DNA of 64,000 nt from Cetorhinus maximus. Taxonomy: Eukaryota. The stretch is from positions 9,734,001-9,798,000 of the forward strand of contig NC_135910.1 of NCBI RefSeq assembly GCF_964194155.1, given 5' to 3'. The stretch's first letter is position 1; every line of letters begins with the position of its first letter. Under the pieces are notes generated by a model. The model made no database searches and was not told where the DNA came from. It saw nothing but the letters and a program-made list of their open reading frames with translations. Of this stretch, positions 53,960 to 64,000 are shown one piece after another. A program made the translations under genes and the position numbers.

Positions 53960-54242
53960 GTTTGAGAGTCATGAACATCCCAAGATGGAGAAGGTTCATT
54001 TGGGATTAAGGCACCGAGCACCTTGAGAGGCCTCGTCAGGAACATGCAGAGAGGAAGTCGAGTTGTCGGAGAGAGCATGCAAACCTCCAAACACCTCAAC
54101 TATCCAACCCTTTGAGTACTACCCACCCTTCGGCAAAGCAGGGTCTGCAGATCGCGCATCAGACTTATCAGCCATGTCAGCAACCATCGAACTGGAGTGG
54201 AAGCAAGCTATCCTTGATCCCGAGGGACTGCCTCAGAAGAAA
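53960..54242 (+). mobile_element. RTE-clade LINE 3' end
   Basis: Frameshifted remnants WRRFIW..EHLE..QEHAE and RVCRSRIRLISHVSNHR resemble the RTE C-terminal C..C.SRIGL.SH...H motif. The 3' UTR reads gtggaagcaag..cccgagggactgcc with an agaag tail. Confidence 0.65.
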
Positions 54243-54574
54243 TGTATTCAAGGTCATCCTGATCCTTTGTCTTTGATATGGGATGCTTGTTCCATTAGGA
54301 TATTTAACAAGCCCATGCCTACCAGGCACCCAGTGAGAGATTGTGTTTTTTTTAAGCACTTGACCCTGGGAAAGTATGAAGGACAAACAATCAGTCCCTA
54401 ACTTTTATACACTAGATGAAATAAACTGATCCATAAATCTCCCACAGACACCTGCTGATTCTGCTCACCAGCTTAAAAAAAGCAAATAAAGGATACATTC
54501 TCATCTCTACCAAAATGCATCTGTTTCAGTGGAGCAGGAAAGTCTGAATCCAGCACAGGTCCACAGGTGAATAG

Positions 54575-54725
54575 GGAACCCCAATCTATATACCCTCATT
54601 GTACAGAATTCCAATGGATAAAACTCTTCTCCATTCACTCCCATTGTTCGTAATCCCAACCGAACCCTGTCCAATTCATCCCATTGTACAGAATCCCAAT
54701 GGATCAAACCCTTTCCCATTCATCC
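54575..54725. repeat. Short array of the same ~39-bp minisatellite
   Basis: About four copies of cattgtacagaat(t/c)ccaatggat. Confidence 0.8.
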
Positions 54726-55904
54726 AACACATCCAACTGAAGTTTAAATGAGCTAGAGGCTGGTCAGGACAGTATTGGAATACTATGGCCTGGAGGTCAC
54801 AAAGGCATGGACGAGACTTTCAGCAGCAGGTGGGCTGAGGCAGGTGCAGAGACGGGTTCTATTGGAGGTAAACAGTCTTGGTGATAGTGAGGATATGGGC
54901 TGCTAGTGGTCAAATAGGACACTGATTGCAAACGCTTCGGTTCAACCTGAGTCAATTGCTGGGGTGGGGTATAGAATTGTTGACAAGGCTGTGTTTACTG
55001 AGCATGCCATTCGTGGTTGGCATACCCTACTGAGTTGGGCAAATTGTTTAATAGACTTTTCCCACTGCCTGCCACGACTGAGCAGACACTAGATTCAAAT
55101 CAATGCACAAAGAATGATATAACACATGCAATATATTTCTTTATTTATAGAATACCATCAATGAGTTCATTCATTCCTGAGATCTACTTTATAATATTCA
55201 CCATTCAAACTTTACACACTATTGGGTTAGTAGGTGTTGCTATAATACAAGGAGACTCATTCTGAAACTGAGAAGCAGATTCAGCAGTCAAGGACGAACC
55301 TTTGGTCCACACTCCAACATGGTTTGCGGAGGGGTTCAGCAGCTTTAAATATCCCCTTTTTAAGCCTCGCCCTGTTGCAAAAAAATCCTTTTTCTGGCCA
55401 TTTTTCCAGTGGGAATGGCATCATTGTCGGGCTGTGACTGCATCTGATTGCTTGGCCTCCATCTTGAATAATGGGTTCTCTGGCACTTTCATGGTGTACA
55501 GGTTGCTGTGGGTGGTGAGATCATCAGTTGGCTTGGTTTCAAAGACCACCAGTCTGCAGCTTTAAAGAAAGTTAAAAGATGTCATCAATAACAAGTTGTC
55601 ATGTTCTCTAGAGAGACCCCAGTGACTGAAACTGACTGCAGTGGTAGCCACTGATAGTAATATTTTTGAGTGTGTTAAGCTCCCCACCTGACCAAAATTT
55701 GACCCCCTCCCCACGCTTTTCTTGAAGTCTTTGGGTTTTGGCACTGGGCAATCTCTGATACACACCACAAGTGATCATTCCTCATGTGCAAGCTTAAACA
55801 GTGGGTACTGGCAAACCATTGGACCACGAGCAAACCTGATTGTATTATCCCAGATAACTAATGCTTCTCTATTCACTCGCAATGTACTAAATTTTAATTA
55901 TCAA

Positions 55905-56485
55905 CTCCTCCCTATTCATCCCACTATATAGAATCCCAATTGACCAAACCTTTTTTCCATTCATCCCATTGTGCAGAATTCCAATGGATCAAACCCGTTC
56001 CCATTCATCCCACTGTACAGAATCCCAATGGATCAAACCCTTCTCCATTCAGTCCCATTGTACATAATCCCAATCCACCAAACCCTTTCCAATTCATCCC
56101 ATTGTACAGAATTCCAATGGATCCAACCCTTCTCCATTGTTCCCATTGTACAGTATCTCAATGAATTGAACCCTTTCCAATTTATCTCATTGTACAAAAT
56201 CCCAATGGACCAAACCCTTCCCCTTTCATCCCATTGTACAGAATCCTAATGGGCCAAACCTTTCCAATTCATCCCATTGTGCAGTTTCTCAATGGATCAA
56301 ATTCTTTCCCATTCATCCCATTGTATAAAATTCCAAATGGACCTAACCCTTTCCCATTCATTCTGTATTACAGAATCCCAAAATGGATCATGTCCCATCC
56401 CACTGATTCCCACTGCACAGAATCCCAATAGACCAAAAACTTTCCCATTCCCTCCCACCCTATATAATCCTAATGGATCAAAACA
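55905..56485. repeat. Minisatellite, about 38-40 bp unit, about 14-15 copies
   Basis: Consensus ccattcatcccattgtacagaatcccaatggatcaaaccctt(t)c, repeated in tandem with scattered substitutions. Confidence 0.9.
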
Positions 56486-58559
56486 CTTCCTATACACTTC
56501 CACAATATAAAATTACCAAACCAAGCTAGAACCATTCTTTAGTTTTAGTGATCAGTGATGTATATTAAACACTCACAACCCTTGGCCAACTGCCACTGGA
56601 GTACAGCAGCATATTGAAATGGTTATTGTTTTGTTTGGTTATATTGAAATTTATTGAGATGGCTCTAGGGTCAGTTTTACCTGGAATTACAGAAACATCA
56701 AGCCCCATAAACAGTGCGTTCCAAAGTAGCCCAAGGTTTCTCAAAAGTCACTTTGCAAAGCAATGTGATTCAGCGTAGAACATTGCTACGGTTGGAGGTT
56801 CCTACCTGTCAGCTCCCAAAAAGCGATAAAGCCGACTGTGTTCTGTTTTCTCCTCAAAAATCTGCAAATAAATGGCAATATTGTTTGAGTCATTTTTCTG
56901 GTTATTTCTGTGCTGCTGAGTAATAATACTATCAAATAACAAATAATATGGCTAATTAATAATATTATGAAGTCATCATTTTCACTCACTTCCTGTCTAT
57001 CTGACATTCTCCCCAGACCTTCTTTCCACCCAACCTTACCTTTTCCTGACCTGTGCTCTCCCCATCCTCTCTACCCAACTGTCTCACCCCACCTCTCTCC
57101 ACACCCTTCCCTATTTCCCGCTCTATCTTCAGCTATTTTCATTCACCCTTTCCCCCCTTCCCTGCCCCTCTCCTCTCACCTCTCTCCCCTATCCCGACCC
57201 TCTCACATTGTCCCTCTGCCCTTCAAAACTCTCCCCCTCTCCCTCCCATTGTCCCTTGCAACTCACTACTCTCCTCTCTGCTGTGATTCACCACAGCTTG
57301 CTGTGACTGAACAGCCTATATTCATACATTGAGCCTGTACCTGAGATTATGATGCCCTTGGCAGTGAACACACCCATTTACAGATGCTGAAGTGAATGTC
57401 TTGGCTGGGTTTCCGCCTGAGTGTGCTCATATTCACTGGGCTCTGAATCTAATTATTCTATTTCAGTATAAGTTGGAGGGTGAAGCCTGGTTTGTGGCAG
57501 TAGCCAATCCATACAAACCACAAATAATTTGATTTCTCACAGTGCCATTTAACCAGGTGCTTATCATCAGTGAATAAGAAGCTCCCACACAAACTTAGAA
57601 CTATATGAACATACAGGACAAACGATTCAATCTGTCCTCCACTGGAACTGGAGGAGGCCATTCAGTCCTTTCAGCTTGTTCCTCCATTCAACCAGATCAT
57701 GGCTGACCTGTATCTCAACTCCAATTACTTGTCTCATTTCTTACTTACCCCTAGCCTCAAAATCTTTTTGGGGAAGACAATTCAGAATTCATTGACCTCT
57801 TGTGTGAAGAGGTGCTCTCTGTCATCTTCCTGAATGATCTAGCTCTCATTCTAAGGTATGCCCCCTAGTTTTGGATTCCCCATCAGAGGAAATTATTTCT
57901 CTCATTCTACCTTATAAAATCCTTTAATCATTGTAAACACCTCAATTAGTTCACCATCTATAATCAAGAAAATCCCAACCTAGTGTAGGCAACATGTTTT
58001 TATAATTTAACCTTTTTAGCCCAGTTAGACTTCCCCTGTCCTGAGAAATTCTTCAGTTATTTTCCCTCCACGTGTGTACCTGGAAGTTTCTTCCATATGC
58101 TAATTATCTTTACATGAAGAAGCATTTCCAAATATCAGCCTGAAAAGTTCCCCTCTCTAGTTTGAGTTTGTTTCCCTGGTTCTACTTCCTCAATTTAATT
58201 TAAATCTTAACTTTTATTCTGTCATGGGATGTTGGCCTCACTGGCAGCATTTGTTGCCCATCCCTAATTGTCCTGCTAGGCCATTTCAGAGGGCACACCA
58301 CTTTCCAGTGGGTCTGGAGTCAGATGTAGGCCAGACCAGATTTCCTCCCCTAAAGGGCATTAGTGAAACAGATCAGTTTTTACAGTGATGGATTCACAAT
58401 CACCATTACTGAGACTAGCTTTAATATTCCAGATCTCTTAACTGAATTTAAACTCTACCAGCTGCCATGGTGCGATTTGAACCCATGTCCCCAGAGCATT
58501 AGTCTGGACTTCTGGATGATTAGTCCAGTCATATTACCACTACACCACTGTCTCCCCAT

Positions 58560-60175
58560 TAAACCACACAAAGAGGCTGCAAAGGGCTATAGTCAATTTA
58601 AGTAAATGGGTAAGAAGGTGGTAAACGGAGTAAACTGTGGGGAAATGGAGTAAACTGTGGGGAAATGTGAAATCATGCACATTGATAGGAAAAATACAAA
58701 AAACAGAATTTTTTAAAATGGGGAGAAACTATTAAATTTTGTTGCTCAAACGAATTTGGGTAAACCTATACACAAACCTTAGAAATTTAACACGCTGATA
58801 TGGTGGGCAGTTAGAAAGGCAAATAGAATGTTAGCCTTTATTGCAAAGGGATTGGAGTATAAGAGTAAAGGGGCTGGATTTTCAATCTGGGGTCGGGATC
58901 CCAACAGCCAGATCGTTCACAGGTCCTGACCCTGCACAGCATAGTTTTTAAAGGAAAAGGCCCTAAATAGCCAGGAGGTAAGCTCAGCACCCAATTAGGG
59001 GTTATGGGCACAGGGAGAAGGCAGAACTAGTTCTGAAGGGTAATTTTAAAAGTCAGATGGCTGCCGTTACTGGGCTTGCAGTTGCCTTGCAGAATGGAGC
59101 AGGAAGAAGAGCAAAGAGCCAGCAGCCTCATGGTCCACACAAGTGCCCAAATGCTCACTCCTCAGGTACTCAAGCTACTCTGCTCAAGCCATGGCAACTT
59201 TGTACCATTGCATGGGCATCTCAGTTTGAATATCCTTTTTTATACAAGATTTTTCATTAGCAGCCACAATCAATAATGGCTCCCCACTGTGCCCCTGATG
59301 GCTGTGCACTAACATGTCCCAGACCATTTGCTTTTCCCGTTATTAACTTTGAAAATTTGAATCTGTTGCTCTCCAGTCTGTTAACAAGCTCATCAATGAG
59401 CTTAACAGCAAGTTAATTGGAGGCATGTGGTTTGCCAGCTACCCACTGCCACATTGCCCACCCCCTCCCCACCCTCCCTTTAAATATTCCAGCACATCAC
59501 AGAGGCGTCAGAAGACTGACATGCCATCTAAGTGTGCTATTTTCAAAGCATGCCAACATCTAGCCATGCCACCACAGGTGATTCAAAATTCAGTCCGGGA
59601 AGTCTTGCTGCAATTTTACAAGGCTTTAGTGAGACACATCTGGAGTACTGTATACAGTTTCGGTTTCCTTACCCAAGGAAGGATATATTTGCTTTAGATA
59701 GAGTACAATGAGGCTTACTAGATTGATTCCTGAGATCAAAGGGTTACCTATGAGGAGAGATTGAGTAAAATGGGCCTATATTCTCTGGTGTTCAGAATAA
59801 TGAGAGGTGATCTCATTGAAACATATAAAACCCTTAAGAGAATTTGAAAAAGTAGATGCTGAGAAGCTAATTCTCTTGGCTAGAGAGTCTAGAGCTAGAG
59901 GTGATAGTCTCAGGATAAGGGTTTAGCCATCTTGGGCTGAGATGAAGAGAAGGGTTGTGCATCTTTGGAATTCTTTACCTCCGAGGGTTGTGGATGTCCA
60001 GTTGCTGAGCATATTCAATATTGAGATCGATAGATTTTTGGTTACAAAGAGAATAAAGGGATATGAGGATAAGGTGGAAAAGTGGAGATTGATGAGGAAG
60101 ATCAGCCATGATCCTATTGAATGGTGAAGCAGGCTCGAGATGCGGGATGGCCTACTCCAGCTCCTTACATTATGT
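58560..60175 (+). mobile_element. Decayed CR1 LINE interrupted by a MITE-like insert
   Basis: RT C-terminal remnants (LLQFYKALVRH, RVVHLWNSLP) and tail gatggcctactccagctcc. Confidence 0.8.
58871..59596. mobile_element. Non-autonomous DNA transposon (MITE-like) inside the CR1
   Basis: Imperfect TIRs gggctggattttcaatc / gattcaaaattcagtcc; it splits the CR1 sequence aagagtaaag|...|gggaagtcttg. Confidence 0.65.
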
Positions 60176-60393
60176 TTGCTGTAAAATTAGCTAACGATTT
60201 CATAATGAATTGGATAGCTCCTTCAAAGAACCGGCACAGGCCTGATGGCCTCCTTCTGTGCTCTGTGATCTTAAGACCACTTCTCAGACGCCTCCTTCCC
60301 AGGTCTTTCCTTCTATCTCAGACTCTGACGCTGGGAGTCAGCTTCCATTATCTGAACTTCTCCCTTGTTTCTTGGTGATTAGCATGTTATTTA

Positions 60394-60549
<156 letters not shown>

Positions 60550-61061
60550 TTATAGCAAGTTGCATAGAATTTACAACACAGACACAGGTCATTCAGCCCA
60601 ACTGACATGCTGATTTTTATGCTTCAAACAAGCCTCCTCTCACCTACTTCATATTCCATTCTTCCTCATGTATTTATCTAGCTTCCTCTTAATTGCATCT
60701 ATGGTATTGACCTCAATACTCCCAAGTTAGCGCAATGGAGGCATATAAAAAAAACTGTGTCAGGGAAGGTGTTATAAGAAGTAAATGTCACACTTACAGG
60801 AAGCACAGGATACATGTAAAACTCTTAATATATTAGTTGTAAATTTAAACTCATCCATTCTGATCATATATTTAGATGTCTCCATCATAAATTCTGATGT
60901 CCACCTTTACAATATGAATTGTCTTCTTAAACATGTTGCAGTGTAATTACACCTTCCCACCAAAGATGGCATTACAGAATCTCCACTAGTAGTAAGGTGT
61001 ATTTATACTGTGCAAAAAAAGGTGAAGGCCATGCACAACAAAGTGAGATGGATCACTAACT

Positions 61062-61400
61062 GGGAGTATTTGATGGGACGGTTTTTAGAGGGAGCTTTGT
61101 TCTGTATATAAACCTGTGCTGTACCTGCTCTGGAAGTATTTGGTGGGACATTGTAGAGGGAGTTTTACTTTGTATCTAACCCCGTGCTGTACCTGCCCTG
61201 GGAGTGTTTGATGGGGACAGTGTAGAGGGAGCTTTACTCTGTATCTAACCCCTGCGCTGTACCTGCTCTGGGAGTGTTTGATTGGACAGTGTAGAGGGAA
61301 ATTTACTCTGTATCGGTGCTGTACCTACCCTGGGAGTGTTTATTGGGACAGAAGAGGAAGCTTTAATCTGTGTCTATCCCATGCCCTGATGTATTTGATA
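61062..61400. repeat. Tandem repeat, about 69-bp unit, about 5 copies
   Basis: gggagtgtttgatgggacagtgtagagggagctttactctgtatctaaccccgtgctgtacctgccct; a related degenerate array lies at about 43090-43300. Confidence 0.85.
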
Positions 61401-61772
61401 TCCAAGATAGAAAATGCTCCATTCCTGAGAATAACTAGAAACTATCAATTTAAGACAATCACCAAGAAATCTGATAGGGAATTCAGAAGAAACCTCTTTA
61501 CCAAAAGAATGGTAAGAAAGTGGAACTGACTACCACAGTGAGTTGTTGAAGTGAATAGTATAGATGCGTTTAAGGGGGAGCTAAACAAGTGTTTACGAGG
61601 GAAGGGAATAGAGGGTTATGGTGATAGATTTAGACGAGAAAAGATGGGAGGAGGCTCAAGTGGAACATAAACACTGCCATGGACTGGTTGGGCGGAATGG
61701 CCTGTTTCTGTGCCGTAATCCCAAAATTAGCCCTAAAAAGCACACACTTATAAAATCAATAATCGAGTCTCA

Positions 61773-61907
<135 letters not shown>

Positions 61908-63319
61908 TTAAACGAGCAGCAAAGACCCAGATCTTTCTCAGCGAGGGCCTAGCTGCTGATTGTGAGGGGGTGGGGGTGGGGGGGGTAGGAGGAAGAACAT
62001 CTACCCGCTCAGTTGATCACGCACTGACCCGACCTGTCCTGGGGTCAGCCTCATTAGTACGCTCCAGGCCCACCCCAGGGCCTACAGTCTCCAAGAGCCT
62101 GAGGTAGAGTGTGGCCAGACTGGCAGAGACAGTCATGGGGAGGACGCCTCTGAAGGTAAAATTTAAAGATCTCACAGTAGTTGCCTCTCTTTGAGGAGGG
62201 GAGAGGAATTTAAAATTTAAAATGTCTGTTGTCAGCCCTTGGGTACCAGTAAGATGCTGCTGTTACTCAGGCCCACAGTTGCTATGACAATAATCAAGGA
62301 AAATGTGATGTGTGATATCACTCCATTGTTGCCCACTTTAAATATGTCCACCCATATTTGGTTAGCATCTTCACCAGCCGCTGTTACTTCTGGCGGAAAG
62401 TTCCAGATGTAGTGGACGCTGATTGTGGTACAGCCACCCCTTCCCCCCTACCCCGGATGGTCCAAGGAAAGTCTCTCTCCAAGGGGCTTGCGGAGACTCT
62501 CCCTCTGAGTGGTCTGGCAGTTTAATTGCCTGTTATAAAAACTGCCTTCAATGGAATTAAAAATCGAGTGGTGTCTATAATGGACAGGTGATCACAATAT
62601 CGGCATTTACACCCAGGTGGTATATCTTTCCCAATGAACTGATGGGATTCCTGTTCTTTTGGCACTGGCAGTGCATCTACCAAAATGTGCTGACCTCCTG
62701 CTCTTGATGGAAGATTCACTATTCTGGTTACCACAGGCAACCCTCAACCATAGTCAAGTGAGTGCGTGGTGTTTGTACTTACGGCCGATACACACAAGCA
62801 CCATGTCGTTGTCCAGCTGACTCACATGGATAAACTTGTCCTGCAGAGCTTCTGCAATGAGAAAACTTGGCGTTACTGCTGCTGGTTTACAATAAGGAAC
62901 ATCCCAAAAGCAAAAGGATCATCTTTACGACCTCTGCCCTCACCTCAGCACCGTTCTATGTAAAGCTGTCTGAGTTATTTAAAAAAGCACTTTCTTTTTT
63001 CCATTCACGGGATGTGGATGTTGCTGGCTAGGTCAGCATTTATTATCCATCCCTAAGTGCCCTTGAGAAAGAGTGGTGAGCTGCCTCCTTGAACTGCTGC
63101 AATCCATGTAGTGGAGGTACATTTACAGTGCTGTTAGGGAGGAGTTCCAAGATTTTGAGCTAGTGACAGTGAAGGGACGATGTTATTTCTCCAAGTCAAG
63201 ATGGTGTGTGACTTGGAGGGGAACTTGCAGGTTCTTGTGTTCCCATGTGCCTGCTCCACTTGTCCTTCTAGGCAATAGATGTTGTGGGTTTGGGAACATT
63301 AAAAATAAAAACCTCTGTT

Positions 63320-64000
63320 CAAGAAAGGAGGGAGACAGAAAGCAGCGAGCTGTAGGCCAGTTAGCCTAACATCTGTCATAGGGAAAATGCTTGAATCCAT
63401 TATTAAGGAAGTAACAACAAGATATTTAGAAAATCATAGTACAATCAGAGCTCATGATGTTGGGGGTAACATATTAGCATGGCTAGAGGATTGGTTAGCT
63501 AACACAATGCAGAGAGTCAGGATAAATGGGTCGTTTTCTGATTGACAAACTGCAACTAGTGGAGTCCCACGGGGATCAGTGGTGGAGCCTCAACTACAAT
63601 CCATATTAATGACTTGGATGAAGGGACCTAGTGTACGGTAGCTAAATTTTCTGGTGACATAAAGTAGGAAAGCAAGTTATGAAAAAGACACAGAGTCTGC
63701 AAAGGATTATAGATAGGTTAAGTGAGTGGGCAAAAATTTGGCAAAAGGAGTATGTGGAAAAACGTGAGCTCATCCACTTTGGCAGGAAGAACAGAAAAGC
63801 AGAATATTATTTAAACGGAGAGAGACCACAGAACTCTGTGCTACAGAGAGATCCTTGTGTCCTGGTACATAAATCACAAAAAGCTAGCATGCAGGTACAG
63901 CATGTGGAAGGCAAATGGAATGCTGGCCTTTATTGAAAGGGGAATGGAGTATAAAAGTAGGGAAGTGTTGCTACAGTTGTACAGGGCCTTAATGAGACCA
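63320..64000 (+). mobile_element. Decayed CR1 LINE RT fragment running off the window
   Basis: Remnants of RPVSL, GVPRGSV, KFSGD and LQRIIDRLSEWAKIWQ. Confidence 0.85.

Noticed and set aside
54063-54401. 112-aa ORF as a divergently transcribed gene sharing the CDKL promoter
   Set aside because: It overlaps an RTE LINE 3' end read in another frame, has a non-ATG start and shows no recognisable protein family.
55905-56485. CRISPR-like array (regular ~39-bp period with internal palindrome)
   Set aside because: There are no unique spacers; the whole unit repeats with random substitutions, the context is vertebrate, and no cas genes are present. It is a minisatellite.
56967-57332. Pro/Ser/Leu-rich 121-aa ORF
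   Set aside because: It is a pyrimidine-rich low-complexity tract with no splice or domain support.
58627-58666. Perfect 20-bp tandem duplication
   Set aside because: A simple slippage duplication inside a dead CR1 with no evident significance.

Overview
This is eukaryotic genomic DNA, very likely from a cartilaginous fish (shark), judged from its CR1 LINE tails, Deu-domain tRNA SINEs and tandem-repeat families. The window holds one complete, intact nine-exon gene on the minus strand (ATG 52983 to stop 7007). It encodes a 350-aa CDKL1/CDKL4-subfamily kinase, and every intron was checked as GT-AG and in frame. Its introns are full of CR1 and RTE LINE fragments, SINEs, MITE-like inserts, Penelope-like inverted repeats with hammerhead cores, minisatellites, and an intronless histone H2B pseudogene. 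Several RFX X-box-like motifs cluster in intron 2. The most unexpected signal is at about 610-3720 on the plus strand. Between repeat insertions there, hand translation across frameshifts gives colinear motifs resembling the platform, PAZ, connector helix, RNase IIIa and RNase IIIb of a Dicer. The relic appears intronless and much more compact than vertebrate DICER1. This call rests on alignment by eye to remembered sequences and needs a profile search to confirm.
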